From assembly GCA_963803705.1 (NCBI GenBank), contig CAWDNU010000004.1, positions 864,001-928,000 of the forward strand: DNA of 64,000 nt. The letters run 5' to 3'. A program made the position numbers and the translations under genes. Numbering within the stretch: position 1 is the stretch's first letter; every line of letters begins with the position of its first letter. The stretch is from an uncultured Pseudobdellovibrionaceae bacterium (GTDB lineage: Bacteria > Bdellovibrionota > Bdellovibrionia > Bdellovibrionales > UBA1609). Shown here piece by piece: positions 10,918 to 21,791 of this stretch. The notes beneath the pieces are model-generated. The model saw only the letters and a program-made list of their open reading frames with translations, ran no database searches and was not told the origin of the DNA.

Positions 10918-12063
10918 CTAACAAACTGATAAGTCATTAGCTATGTTGAATGTGGCTTTAGGTTTAAAAAAAGCAAACATTTTTTGGCTGCGCTCTTCTC
11001 GCTCGGATTCGGACGTAAGCTGGAAGTCACTTAGAAATTTCAATAATAATTTTTCGTTAATATCTTTTTCTTGAATTAAGAAAGCTGCCTCGCGATGGCT
11101 TAGGGCTTGCGCATTTTTAAGCTGGTGGTTATCTGAAGATTTAGCAAAAGGAATAAATAAGCAGTTAGCCCCCACAGATGAAAGCTCTGTCAAAGCTCCT
11201 GCTCCTGAACGAGACACAATAAGGTCTGCTGACAGGTAAAAGTTAAATATTGGATCTAAGAAGGGTAAAATCGTTAAATTGCTTACACTCTTTTCGCTAT
11301 TTTCAGATGTGTCATTTTGAATGGCTACATCATGGAAACATTTACTTCCGGTCTGCAAAATAAAATTTATACTTTTTAATTTTTGTGAAACTTTGGGTAC
11401 CAACTCGTTTAAAATTCGGGCGCCCTGGCTGCCACCAATAACTAAAACTTGAAATGAATTTTTTAAATTTTTTTTGTTGATATCGGAATTATGGCTTTTG
11501 AAATATTCATCAAATTCTGACCTTACAGGATAGCCAAAGCATTTGGTTTTAAACTTTGGAAAAAACTGCAAACTTTCTTCAAAAACAACATAACACCTAT
11601 TTACAAATCTAGATAAAATCTTATTTGCAATACCTGGTTGAACATTTGCTTCCCATAATGCCGTCTTGAAGAAAAGCGCAGAAGCCACAAAAACTATGGG
11701 GCCAGAAGCATAACCACCGAAGCCCACAACCCTTTGTGGACGAAACGTTAGTAAAATCCACAGGCATTGAATAAACACATAAGGCAAAAGAACTATTGTT
11801 TTAATTTGCTGTAACCTGCCAACTGAAGAGTGTAAGGGGCCTATGTTAAGTAGATAAAGGATATAGTTTTTTTCAGGAATTATTTTTGATTCTAATCCCC
11901 TATAACTTCCAACAAATCTAATCTTGATGCCAGGGTTTTGTAATTTAAGCTCTTCAGCTAGAGCTAAGGCAGGATAAATATGTCCACCAGTACCACCGCC
12001 AGACAATAGAACTCTTTTAATAGCTTTTGATTTTTTAACTTTCAAAGTTAACTCTCGAGTCAC
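10918..12063 (-). CDS. murG: Undecaprenyl-PP-MurNAc-pentapeptide GlcNAc transferase
   Basis: GGGTGGH, GGYAS, GGSQGA, RSGA, HQLKNA. Confidence 0.97.
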   Translation of the reverse strand: MTRELTLKVKKSKAIKRVLLSGGGTGGHIYPALALAEELKLQNPGIKIRFVGSYRGLESKIIPEKNYILYLLNIGPLHSSVGRLQQIKTIVLLPYVFIQCLWILLTFRPQRVVGFGGYASGPIVFVASALFFKTALWEANVQPGIANKILSRFVNRCYVVFEESLQFFPKFKTKCFGYPVRSEFDEYFKSHNSDINKKNLKNSFQVLVIGGSQGARILNELVPKVSQKLKSINFILQTGSKCFHDVAIQNDTSENSEKSVSNLTILPFLDPIFNFYLSADLIVSRSGAGALTELSSVGANCLFIPFAKSSDNHQLKNAQALSHREAAFLIQEKDINEKLLLKFLSDFQLTSESEREERSQKMFAFFKPKATFNIANDLSVC

Positions 12064-12092
12064 TTAGTTGATTGTTTAGTTTATCGTTTCGT

Positions 12093-13211
12093 TTATTTTT
12101 TTCTACAACTTAGATTTAGTAGAATACCGAATATAAGGCAGGTAGACAATAACGAGCTGCCCCCGTAGCTCATAAAAGGTAGCGACAAACCTTTCGTTGG
12201 TAGAAGTCCCAACACTACACATAAGTTTAAAAAAACCGAGTAAGAGAATAAAGTGACCAGGCCAAAGGCAATTATTCTTCTTGTCTCGTCGGTTTGAGCC
12301 AAAGTAATTTTTAAACCGCGGACAATCAAAGTTCCGATAAGCATCATAAAAACCATGAATCCAAAAAAGCCCCACTCTTCGCCTAAAACAGCCATAGTAA
12401 AATCAGTGTGGGCTTCTGGAAGAAAATATAACTTTCCCTGTCCTTCACCTATACCACGACCAAATAGACCGCCACTTCTAAAGCTAAGTAAGCTTTGAAT
12501 AATTTGAAAGCCAGAGCCTTTAGGATCTGCCCAGGGATCCAAAAATGCTTGTAAGCGTTTTAGTCTGTAGGGCTCTGCATACAGAAGCAGGCTTGCGATC
12601 ACCCCAACGCTTACTGAAGCCGCCAACACTGGCCATAATGGCCTAAAAAAAGTGAAGAGCAGAACCAAGATTACCCAGCTCAATAAAACGAAAGAGCCAA
12701 AATCAGGCTGAAGCAAGAATAAACCAAACGGAAGTAACATTAAGGACAATCGGGTCAGTACGCTTTCAGAAAAAAAAGGTTCGGTCTTAACAGTTAACAA
12801 CCACCTGCTAAAAGGAAATAAGATTAATACCTTTATAAACTCAGAAGGCTCTACTCTAAACCCAAATGGCAAGGCTAGCCAGCGGCTGGCTCCGCCAGCG
12901 TTTATGCCAACGCCTGGAATCAGTGTTAATAAAAGCGCTGCCAATACAAGGTAATAAAAATAGTAACAAAGCTTAATTAGAATTTCGGTTTTTAATAGTA
13001 GCAAGAATGCAATTAAACTCAAACCAGCAATTGTAAAAACAAATTGTTTCTTTACGAAGAAAAGACCGTCTTGGTTTAGATCAGTTCCCAAAATATAGCT
13101 AGATGAATAGACTTGAATTAAACCAAGACCTAATAAAAACAAAATTGTCCACAAAGATAGACGATCGACAAGTTCAAAGTCTTTTGTGATATATTTTAAG
13201 AGATTAGACAT
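12093..13211 (-). CDS. ftsW: SEDS peptidoglycan glycosyltransferase FtsW
   Basis: GASRW, EPSEF, LQPDFG, LPEAHTDF, LPFMSYGGSS; between murD and murG. Confidence 0.96.
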   Translation of the reverse strand: MSNLLKYITKDFELVDRLSLWTILFLLGLGLIQVYSSSYILGTDLNQDGLFFVKKQFVFTIAGLSLIAFLLLLKTEILIKLCYYFYYLVLAALLLTLIPGVGINAGGASRWLALPFGFRVEPSEFIKVLILFPFSRWLLTVKTEPFFSESVLTRLSLMLLPFGLFLLQPDFGSFVLLSWVILVLLFTFFRPLWPVLAASVSVGVIASLLLYAEPYRLKRLQAFLDPWADPKGSGFQIIQSLLSFRSGGLFGRGIGEGQGKLYFLPEAHTDFTMAVLGEEWGFFGFMVFMMLIGTLIVRGLKITLAQTDETRRIIAFGLVTLFSYSVFLNLCVVLGLLPTKGLSLPFMSYGGSSLLSTCLIFGILLNLSCRKK

Positions 13212-13315
13212 TCATCTATTCTACTAAGAGCTGGATTAGCTGTATAGTGATCCTAGTTGTTTATAACTAGGCTGTAGTCGAGGTGACTGTCTAGCGCGCT
13301 TTGATGGCACAACTA

Positions 13316-13345
13316 CATATGGAAACCGTGTACAGTTTCCATATG
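13316..13345. other. Perfect 11-bp stem-loop downstream of murD
   Basis: CATATGGAAAC-N8-GTTTCCATATG; no U-tract. Confidence 0.6.
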
Positions 13346-13359
13346 CCCTGGCGCTTTTC

Positions 13360-14745
13360 TTAGCGCAGCAATCCAACAATCTCTTTAAAGTAATTGCCGC
13401 GTTCGCGGTAATCATCAAACATATCAAAGCTCGAAGCACCCGGCGAAAGCAGGACTGTATCGTTGATTCTAGATTTGGAATAAGCCATATGTACGGCCTC
13501 ATCAAAAGTGCCGATCAAGAAAGTCTCACTGTAATCTCCGATATCTCGGTTTATACGTTCTTTAACCTCGCCATACAAAATCAATGTTTTTACTTTCTTT
13601 TTAATTTCATCTTTTAATGGTGCATAATTTAAACTAGTGTCCTTCCCACCCATAACCAAAATGACATTTTCCTCAAAAGCTTTAAGTGCTCTCATCACGG
13701 CGTGGACATTCGTCGCTTTAGAATCGTTAAAGAATTCAACTCCACCAACTTTTCGCACATATTCTAACCTGTGCTCGATACCTGTAAATGTGTCTATGAC
13801 CTCTTGAATAGCTTCATGAGATGCGTTGTGCTCTCTAACGGCCAAGATTGCTGCCATCATATTTTCAACTGCATGAAACCCTTTAAGCTTAATGTTTTTT
13901 ATAGAAAAAACCTCGATATCCGGTCCCGTGCGAACTTTAATTTCGTCATTTATTTGCACGGCCCCACCGATGTTCATAATTTGCGGTTCTAGATCTACTT
14001 TTCTGGAAAAGTAGTAGATCACTCCGCGCTGAACCGATGGGTCTCGAGCTAGTTCAACCACTGCTTTGTCGTCTGCATTCAAAATACTTGAAGTTTCTGA
14101 ACTTGTATTTAAAAAGATTTTTCTTTTTGCATTGATATAATCTTCCATCGTCTTATGTCGATCTAAATGATTCTCAGCCAAGTTCATGAAGACAATATTT
14201 TTCGGAGCAAATTCGACCACATGCTCAAGCATAAAACTAGACGCTTCAACAATTAGAACGTCAGCTTTCTGATCCTCGTTTAAATACGTAACCATTGGCT
14301 TACCGTAATTACCACCAACCCATACTTTTTTTCCTGATTTTTCAAGCATTTCTGCGATTAAAGAGACAGTGGTCGTTTTTCCGTTGGTACCGGTCACTGC
14401 AATAATCGATTCCTCAACAAATCTAGAAGCAAATTCAAACTCACCAGTGACCTGAACGCCATTACTTTTTGCGTAATCGAAAATTTTAAGTTGTGGAGAT
14501 ATACCCGGGCTTAAAACAATTAAGTCTTGTTGTAGAAAAACTTTCGGTGTGTGATTGCCCAAATCGAAATTCAATTCTAAGTCTTCGATATCTTCTAAAA
14601 AATTTGCTAGTTCAGCTTTAGACTTATGGTCACTGACTGTAACATTTGCGCCGTGCCTTACTAGAAACCTAGCTAGAGAGACACCAGTTTTCGCAAGACC
14701 GACAATTAAGATTTTTTTATCTTTTAAATTAGAAACATTTTGCAT
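13360..14745 (-). CDS. murD: UDP-MurNAc-L-Ala--D-glutamate ligase
   Basis: GTNGKTTT, HLDRH, NDSKATN, LSPGASSFD. Confidence 0.98.
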   Translation of the reverse strand: MQNVSNLKDKKILIVGLAKTGVSLARFLVRHGANVTVSDHKSKAELANFLEDIEDLELNFDLGNHTPKVFLQQDLIVLSPGISPQLKIFDYAKSNGVQVTGEFEFASRFVEESIIAVTGTNGKTTTVSLIAEMLEKSGKKVWVGGNYGKPMVTYLNEDQKADVLIVEASSFMLEHVVEFAPKNIVFMNLAENHLDRHKTMEDYINAKRKIFLNTSSETSSILNADDKAVVELARDPSVQRGVIYYFSRKVDLEPQIMNIGGAVQINDEIKVRTGPDIEVFSIKNIKLKGFHAVENMMAAILAVREHNASHEAIQEVIDTFTGIEHRLEYVRKVGGVEFFNDSKATNVHAVMRALKAFEENVILVMGGKDTSLNYAPLKDEIKKKVKTLILYGEVKERINRDIGDYSETFLIGTFDEAVHMAYSKSRINDTVLLSPGASSFDMFDDYRERGNYFKEIVGLLR

Positions 14746-14763
14746 TTGAATAACTCCTTTAAG

Positions 14764-15840
14764 TTACCTTAGTTTTAAGGTCGCAAGCGACAAAGCAGCG
14801 AGTAAGATTGATATGATCCAAAACCTAACAATAATTTTTGATTCTTCTAATCCTTTAAGCTCAAAATGATGGTGTATCGGTGCCATTTTGAAAACACGTT
14901 TACCCCGAGTTTTAAAAGAAACCACCTGAGTTATTACAGATAAAGCTTCAACCACGAAAACTCCGCCTAACAAAACCATTAAAATCTCATTTTTTGTAAG
15001 TACAGCCATGATGCCTAAGAAACCACCTAAGCCTAAGCTGCCAACGTCTCCCATAAAAACTTGGGCAGGGTAAGAGTTGTACCAAAGAAAACCCATACCA
15101 GAGGCTATAAGTGCTGCGCATAAGATTGTAAGTTCACTGGAGCCAGCTACGAATGGAATTTGTAAGTATTCTGCAATTGAAAAATGGCCTGCAACATACG
15201 CAAAGATCAAAAGAGCGCTTGTAGCCACTATCACTGGCACGATCGCCAACCCGTCTAATCCGTCCGTTAAATTAACAGCGTTAGCACAACCAACCACAAC
15301 AAAAGCTGCAAATACAACGTAAAACCAACCTAATTCAAGAACAAAGTTTTTAAAGAATGGAAAACTTAGTGAAGTGGATTTTGCCCCTGTCCAGACCAGC
15401 ACACCAACAACAACAACAACTATCAAAAATTCAAAAAATAACCGGGTTTTACCAGGAAGACCTTTACTATTTTTTTTGCTGACTTTTAAAATATCGTCGA
15501 TGTACCCGATTACGCCAAAACCAACTGTAACTGTGATCACCGACCAAACTAACGGGTTCTTTAAATCCACCCATAACATGGCCGGAATCAAAAAGCTTAA
15601 CAGAATCAGTCCACCACCCATGGTTGGTGTTCCTTGTTTTTTCAAATGCGACTGCGGTCCGTCATCACGAATTGACTGCTTTCTTTGTTTTTTAGCCAAA
15701 CCTTTAATGAAAAATGGTCCCCAGAAAACGCACAAGATAAATGAAGTAAAAAAAGTAATAAAAGTCCGGGTAGTTACGTACCTGAAAACATTAGCCCAGC
15801 TTTGATCAAGACCAATAGTTTGCAAAAGTTGGTAGATCAA
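14764..15840 (-). CDS. mraY: Phospho-N-acetylmuramoyl-pentapeptide transferase
   Basis: [33 protein letters not shown]. Confidence 0.98.
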   Translation of the reverse strand: MIYQLLQTIGLDQSWANVFRYVTTRTFITFFTSFILCVFWGPFFIKGLAKKQRKQSIRDDGPQSHLKKQGTPTMGGGLILLSFLIPAMLWVDLKNPLVWSVITVTVGFGVIGYIDDILKVSKKNSKGLPGKTRLFFEFLIVVVVVGVLVWTGAKSTSLSFPFFKNFVLELGWFYVVFAAFVVVGCANAVNLTDGLDGLAIVPVIVATSALLIFAYVAGHFSIAEYLQIPFVAGSSELTILCAALIASGMGFLWYNSYPAQVFMGDVGSLGLGGFLGIMAVLTKNEILMVLLGGVFVVEALSVITQVVSFKTRGKRVFKMAPIHHHFELKGLEESKIIVRFWIISILLAALSLATLKLR

Positions 15841-15887
15841 TGACGTGTCCTCTAAATGAAAATCTAATTGTTTTTAACTAGCAAAAA

Positions 15888-17312
15888 TTAATCGATAAAA
15901 TCTTTAAGAAATCTTTCTAAGCCGATGCCTCTTGAAGCTTTTAATGCAACCCAATCATTGGGTTTTAGCATACTTTTATAATCCATTGCAAGCGAATCTT
16001 CATAAGTATTTGATATTATAAGGTTTTTTGAATTTCCAGACTGTAAAAATCCTTCTGAAAAAGCTTTCGAAGATGGTCCAATAAACCAAACTTTTCGGTG
16101 GGGCGTCTTGGACACTTGCTGTCCTAATTCGTAGTGCAGCTTACTAGTCTGCTCCCCCATTTCTAACATTTCTCCTAAAACGAAATACGGCGGCTTAGCT
16201 AAGTATTCAGTCTGTTTTAGAAAAGCGTGCATGCTTTCAGGATTAGCATTGTAAGCGTCGAAATAAATAGACACCTCGTTTTTGGATTTAAGTATTTCGC
16301 TTCGTCCCCAAACTGGTTTCAAAAGTTTAAGCTGTTTCCAAACTTTTTCAGCTTGAATTCCTGCTGCCACAGCTACACCCGCTGCAATAGCAACATTGTA
16401 GACGTGGTGCTCACCAGCAATGGGGATCTTGGCAGAGTCACTGACTCCGAGGATACGACCTTCAATTTCGAATTCAGAAAAATCTAAATGAACCACCTTT
16501 AAATATATATCTGCAGTTTCATCTTTGGTCGAAATCCTTAGAAGCTTGTAATTTTGTGAATTCAAATTTTTAGAGAATTTTTCCTGATAATCTTTCCAGA
16601 TTCTTGGATCATCAATATTTATGAGGTGGGTTTGTCCTTCATTATAAATATTCATCTTTTCACGTAGTACACCCTCTATGCTTCCCACCCCTTCCAAGTG
16701 TCCGCGACCTACCATAGTGATCACCGATACATTTGGTTTAACCAAATCTGTTAGTTTTGCGATTTCGCCAGGACGGTTCATTCCAATTTCAATTAAGGCT
16801 ACTTTATGCTCAGGTTTTAATTCTAGCAGTGTCATAGGAACCCCTATGTGGTTATTGAAGCTTTTCGGCGAAAAGTAATGTGGAACTAGTCCCTCTAGAA
16901 TCTGATGGCTAAAATATTTAGCTGAAGTTTTTCCAGTAGTTCCAGTGATAGCAACTTTCAGAATATCATGCTTGCTGGCCGACTTAGCGGAAATTTTTTG
17001 AAAAGCCATTTCAGTGTCGTTAACGACAAAAAAAGTAGCTTGATCCATCTTTGTGTAATCTGCTTTTGTTTTAAATTGAACAAACTGTTTGGCTTGCACT
17101 AAAAAACCGCGAGCTCCATTTTGATAAGCTTGAAATAAGAAATCATGGGCATCGAACTTTTCGCCTACTAAAGCAATAAAGATCGCGCCCATTTTTTTTT
17201 CTCTTGAATCAGTGGACCACTGTGTCCAATTGTGGTCCAACTTTTCAGGGCCGATAAATTGGATCAGTGACTTATCGAGAGCGTTTTTTATGTCATGATT
17301 TGATAAATTCAA
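15888..17312 (-). CDS. murF: UDP-MurNAc-tripeptide--D-Ala-D-Ala ligase
   Basis: TDSR, GTTGKT, NNHIGVP, DAYNANPESM, KASRG. Confidence 0.97.
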   Translation of the reverse strand: MNLSNHDIKNALDKSLIQFIGPEKLDHNWTQWSTDSREKKMGAIFIALVGEKFDAHDFLFQAYQNGARGFLVQAKQFVQFKTKADYTKMDQATFFVVNDTEMAFQKISAKSASKHDILKVAITGTTGKTSAKYFSHQILEGLVPHYFSPKSFNNHIGVPMTLLELKPEHKVALIEIGMNRPGEIAKLTDLVKPNVSVITMVGRGHLEGVGSIEGVLREKMNIYNEGQTHLINIDDPRIWKDYQEKFSKNLNSQNYKLLRISTKDETADIYLKVVHLDFSEFEIEGRILGVSDSAKIPIAGEHHVYNVAIAAGVAVAAGIQAEKVWKQLKLLKPVWGRSEILKSKNEVSIYFDAYNANPESMHAFLKQTEYLAKPPYFVLGEMLEMGEQTSKLHYELGQQVSKTPHRKVWFIGPSSKAFSEGFLQSGNSKNLIISNTYEDSLAMDYKSMLKPNDWVALKASRGIGLERFLKDFID

Positions 17313-17315
17313 AGT

Positions 17316-18878
17316 TTAATCCTCCGCGGACTCAATGGTTTCAACGGCAACCTCGTAATCGTTAAATTCAATAGTCCCATCGTTTAATATTTGGTAGGTC
17401 TCGTGTCCTTTACCGGCAATCAGTAGCACATCGTCGACAGTTTTCAAAAAAGTTAAGCCCAGTTGAATTGCCTTTCTCCTATCTAATTCAACCATATACC
17501 GCAAGCCTCTTGAATCAAAACCAGACAAGATATCGGCTAAAATTCGCTCTGGATCTTCGCCCCTAGGGTTGTCGTTGGTGATGATCTGCACATCTGAATT
17601 TTGTTGTGCCACTTTGAACATTGTTGACCGTTTAGCTTTATCTCGTTCTCCACCACACCCAAAGACAACAATTAGATGTCCCTGACAAATATCCTTTAAA
17701 CTTTTTAGACTCTTTTCTAAAGCATCTGGGGTGTGCGAATAGTCTACAAATACAGACTTGGGCTTTGAGGTTAAAACTTTTTGTAATCGTCCAGGAATTC
17801 CTTTAAAATGTAGCGCCGATTCAGTAAGTTTTGTTTTTTCATAACCCAGTGATTTACAAGCTAAAATGGCCTGAGCCCAATTCACGGCCTGAAATCGCCC
17901 CACAATGGGTAATGTAAATTTCCACTTATCCGCGTTTAAATTTAATTGGTTATTTTTAAAAACATCAAAATAGATATCAAATTCTAATCTCTTTAGGTCA
18001 TGCCTAATTAGCCGAAGCACATTAAACTTACAATTTGGGTTTTTAGTTTGCGCCTGAACCATCAGTGTACGGATCTGATCATCTTTGGAAAGCTCAATAA
18101 AATCTACTGTTTCAAATAAAATTTCAACTTCTCCGAACTCGGGAGTATAAGTTCTAATCCACTCGTCTGAATAGTTTAATATCGATGTTTTGACAGTCTT
18201 CTTAGATTCTTTTAACAGGTTTTCGAACAAGCTAATTTTACTTTGGAAGTAGTTCTGAAAATTACCATGATAGTCTAAATGATCTTCTGATAAATTGGTA
18301 AATACCGCCACATCTAAATCTATTCCCAAAGCTCTTTGCTGATCCAGTGCATGACTAGATATTTCTAAAGCCATTGCCTTAGCACCCAAAGATTTCATCT
18401 CTTGAATTCGTGGGAACAGGGTTTCAGGCCCTGGAGTAGTAAGATTTGTGTTCCATGACTTTACCTTACCGTCTAGATTTAAATGATGATCAATCGTTCC
18501 AATAACTCCGCAAGGAAGGTCGCAGAAATTCAAAATATGTTCAACCATCAAAGAGATTGACGTCTTGCCATTCGTTCCAGTCACCCCACATACAAATATA
18601 TCTTCTGATGAATTTTTTGATTTCATTTTCCAAGCTTCGGCCCAAGATTTTTTGGTATCCCGAACCTTAAATACATGAAGGTTCTTTAAGTGTCGTAAAG
18701 GCTTATCGTCTTCAACTATAAAGTGCCTGCAACCTTGGGTGTATGCATCCTCTAAAAACTTATGGCCATCTTGGCTAGTCCCGGTCAAGGCTATAAATAT
18801 AGCACTTGAGTCAGCTGACCTAGAGTCTGCAGTCAAATTTAGTGCCGAATGAATTTCAAGATAATTGATAAGGGTCAC
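17316..18878 (-). CDS. murE: UDP-MurNAc-dipeptide--meso-DAP ligase
   Basis: GTNGKTS, TTP, EISSHAL, DHLDYH, DNPR (DAP-type), AGKGHE. Confidence 0.97.
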   Translation of the reverse strand: MTLINYLEIHSALNLTADSRSADSSAIFIALTGTSQDGHKFLEDAYTQGCRHFIVEDDKPLRHLKNLHVFKVRDTKKSWAEAWKMKSKNSSEDIFVCGVTGTNGKTSISLMVEHILNFCDLPCGVIGTIDHHLNLDGKVKSWNTNLTTPGPETLFPRIQEMKSLGAKAMALEISSHALDQQRALGIDLDVAVFTNLSEDHLDYHGNFQNYFQSKISLFENLLKESKKTVKTSILNYSDEWIRTYTPEFGEVEILFETVDFIELSKDDQIRTLMVQAQTKNPNCKFNVLRLIRHDLKRLEFDIYFDVFKNNQLNLNADKWKFTLPIVGRFQAVNWAQAILACKSLGYEKTKLTESALHFKGIPGRLQKVLTSKPKSVFVDYSHTPDALEKSLKSLKDICQGHLIVVFGCGGERDKAKRSTMFKVAQQNSDVQIITNDNPRGEDPERILADILSGFDSRGLRYMVELDRRKAIQLGLTFLKTVDDVLLIAGKGHETYQILNDGTIEFNDYEVAVETIESAED

Positions 18879-18993
18879 GGCTTAAAGTATTATAAATAAG
18901 TTTATTAAATGCAATTGTATACTCAGCCACATTTATAATGTAGTGACAGTTTAAAAAGATTGTTGGAAGCTCAACAGAGTTCAAAGGACCTAT

Positions 18994-19878
18994 ATGCCAA
19001 AAGAAAAACCGACGTTTCTACCTGAAAACCACGATGAAACTGAGCGCAGCCTAGAAAGAAAGTCTGAAGACCAGCACTATACACCGGTAATAATAAAACG
19101 AAATGATCAGGCTGTTCGCCATCCAGACGACACTTTGAAATTTGGGATTGAAGAGGCCGTCGAGCAGCATGATCGCCCACGGATGTCGCTACTTCTTTCG
19201 TCTATTTCGGCTGGACTGATACTTGGATTTGCAGGAATGTGTGTTGCTTTGATGTCACAGCTTTATCCATCTTCTGATGGGGCTTTGATGAATAGATTGG
19301 CTTGTGCATTTATTTACCCCTTGGGTTTCATTGTGTGCGTAATGAGTGGAACGCAGCTGTTTACCGAGCAGACAGCGACTGCTTTATATTCGGTTTTAGA
19401 TAAAAGATCGACAGTTGTATCATTATTGTCTTTGTGGTCAGTTGTTCTGATTGGTAATTTCATTGGAACTTTTCTATGTTCAGTTTTACTATATTTAGCG
19501 GAACCAGTAATTGTAGCTAATAATGGCTTTGAATCAGTAATGGGACATCTGTTGAGCTACAGTTTTTCTGAAGTTTTTTTTAGTGCCATTTTGGCTGGCT
19601 GGTTGATGGCCCAAGGTGGTTGGTTGGTCTTAGCGACCCCCCCGGCTATCACCCAGTTGGCGTGCATTTACACTGTAACTTTTATTATTGGCTTTGGTGG
19701 ACTTCATCATTCGATAGCAGGCTCAGCAGAAATATTTAGTGGGCTAATCAGAAGCTCGAATCCAGATTTTTTAAAATCTGCATCTTTTTTAACAAGCGCA
19801 GTTTTAGGAAATTTATTAGGAGGCGCTATTTTCGTTGCGATACTAAACTACGGTCATATTAAAAAGACGCAGTCCTAG
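18994..19878 (+). CDS. Formate/nitrite transporter (FNT) family channel
   Basis: YPLGFI...QLFTE, LIGNFIG, HHSIAGS, GNLLGG motifs; multiple TM segments. Confidence 0.9.
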   Translation: MPKEKPTFLPENHDETERSLERKSEDQHYTPVIIKRNDQAVRHPDDTLKFGIEEAVEQHDRPRMSLLLSSISAGLILGFAGMCVALMSQLYPSSDGALMNRLACAFIYPLGFIVCVMSGTQLFTEQTATALYSVLDKRSTVVSLLSLWSVVLIGNFIGTFLCSVLLYLAEPVIVANNGFESVMGHLLSYSFSEVFFSAILAGWLMAQGGWLVLATPPAITQLACIYTVTFIIGFGGLHHSIAGSAEIFSGLIRSSNPDFLKSASFLTSAVLGNLLGGAIFVAILNYGHIKKTQS

Positions 19879-21777
19879 TCACTCAAGCTTGACCAATATT
19901 TTAGAACCTTCTTCCAGGTTGCGGCCTTTGCTATAAATAACTTTGGTAACTAAACCTTGACCATGAAACTTAAATTGCACAGGTTTGCTCTTTAAAAATC
20001 TTAAAGCCTCTCTTAGGGTTAAGCCCTTCAAAGTTTCGGATGTACCATTTAAATTAGGCTGGTAATCGCACTCGTTTGATCTACACTTCATAATTTCGTG
20101 AGATAGCAAATTCGTTGGTGGTATAAACTCTTTGTTCAAAATAAATCGAGCCATTTCAGAAAAAGCAGGTGCTGCGACTTCGGAGCCATAATATTTTCCT
20201 TTTGGTTCGTCCACAGCTATATAAATCACAAATCTTGGTTTTTCCGCGGGAACCATACCAACAAAGGAACTTAAGTATTTCTTTCTAAAGTATCCCCCAT
20301 TTTCCAGATCCACCTTGTTTGCGGTGCCTGTTTTTCCTGCCACCAAATACCCCTCGACTGCAGCGTTAGTTCCTGTGCCACCTTCTTGAGTCACTTGGGT
20401 TAACATTGCTCTTAGCATTTGAGCAGTAGATTTTGACATTACCCTTCTTGAGAACCTCTTAAGGTTTTGCGAAAGTCCTGAAGGTGAAATAATTTTTTCC
20501 ACCATGTAGGGCTGTTCTAAAATGCCGTCGTTTGCAATAGCAGCATAGGCCGTTGCGACTTGAATAGGAGTGGCCGTGAAACCGTGACCAAAAGAAGCTG
20601 ACGCTAGTAAATGTTTGGACCACTTTTTGGTCCTGAAAATACCTTTTGATTCTCCGGGAAAGTCTATATTCGTTTTTTGCCCAAACCCAATTTTTTCATA
20701 AAAAGATCTCATCTTTTCTTCGCCTAGACCAAGTGCCATCTGGGTTAAGACAACATTCGATGAAACTTTTAATCCTTGTGTTAAAGTCATAACTTCACAT
20801 TTTAGCTTTTTGGAATCTGTGATTGAACGACGGCCAATTTTTATTTTCCCATCTAAACAAGCAAACTCAGAGCCTGGCTTGAATAGTCCTGATTCTAAGG
20901 CAGCGGCTACTGCAATTGGTTTTATATTACTGCCTTGCTCTAAAGCTTCATGAAATAAAAAGTTTTTGCCTATGTTTTTTCTTGAAGTTAATGAGGCATT
21001 TCCATCATAAGCTGGCCACTGCGCAGCTGCTCTGATGGCGCCTGTTTTTGTGTCCATGACTAAGCCATAAGCTTTTTTAGGCTGGTGATTGTTGAAAATT
21101 TTTTTCAACTGCATTTCTAAAAAACGCTGATATTCGGAATCTAAGGTTAAAATCAAATCGCTTCCTTCAGGAGGATTAGTATATTGCTCGGGGTTTACTG
21201 ATAGCGGTCGACCTTTGGCATCTCTTGATACCCTTAGGGCAACGTCTTTTCCTGCTAGATAGTCATTGTAATAGTACTCCAAACCCTCTAGTCCATGGCC
21301 CTCAGATCCAACAAAACCCAAAACTGACGATGAAACTTCACGGCCAGGATACTGCCTTTGAGGTTCACTTACAAAATATAGGCCCGATATATTTAATTCC
21401 TGAATTTTATTTTTGACGTCTAGCTTTATTCTGCGCCTTAACCAAACAAATCTAGACTGTCGATTCATTTTTCTTTCTAACACTGAAGCATTGGCTCTTA
21501 AAAGTTTAGCAATTTTTTTCGAAGCCAGCCTAGAGCTTTTTATATTTTGAGGGTCTGCAAATACCGAATAAGTAGGCTCGTTGATAGCCAATTCTTTTTC
21601 TTTTCTATCGTAAATTCGGCCACGCCTAGCTTGAATATTTATTGTTTTGTAAAATTGTATTTTTTTGTATCTATCTAGTTTTTTATGAGGAAGGATTTGA
21701 ATGTTCGCACCCTGTCCCAAGATCGAACAAAAGATCAAAAGCTTTAAGGCGAAAAAAAGTCTGATAAATGTTTTCAA
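19879..21777 (-). CDS. ftsI: Penicillin-binding protein 3 (class B transpeptidase) with C-terminal PASTA-like segment
   Basis: RGRIYDR, GLEGLE, SNIK (SxxK), SSN, KTGT. Confidence 0.93.
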   Translation of the reverse strand: MKTFIRLFFALKLLIFCSILGQGANIQILPHKKLDRYKKIQFYKTINIQARRGRIYDRKEKELAINEPTYSVFADPQNIKSSRLASKKIAKLLRANASVLERKMNRQSRFVWLRRRIKLDVKNKIQELNISGLYFVSEPQRQYPGREVSSSVLGFVGSEGHGLEGLEYYYNDYLAGKDVALRVSRDAKGRPLSVNPEQYTNPPEGSDLILTLDSEYQRFLEMQLKKIFNNHQPKKAYGLVMDTKTGAIRAAAQWPAYDGNASLTSRKNIGKNFLFHEALEQGSNIKPIAVAAALESGLFKPGSEFACLDGKIKIGRRSITDSKKLKCEVMTLTQGLKVSSNVVLTQMALGLGEEKMRSFYEKIGFGQKTNIDFPGESKGIFRTKKWSKHLLASASFGHGFTATPIQVATAYAAIANDGILEQPYMVEKIISPSGLSQNLKRFSRRVMSKSTAQMLRAMLTQVTQEGGTGTNAAVEGYLVAGKTGTANKVDLENGGYFRKKYLSSFVGMVPAEKPRFVIYIAVDEPKGKYYGSEVAAPAFSEMARFILNKEFIPPTNLLSHEIMKCRSNECDYQPNLNGTSETLKGLTLREALRFLKSKPVQFKFHGQGLVTKVIYSKGRNLEEGSKILVKLE

Positions 21778-21791
21778 TTTTTAAACCTCTG

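Noticed and set aside
13236..13505. 89-aa minus-strand ORF over the murD end
   Set aside because: Alternate frame of murD running into the spacer; no RBS or motif
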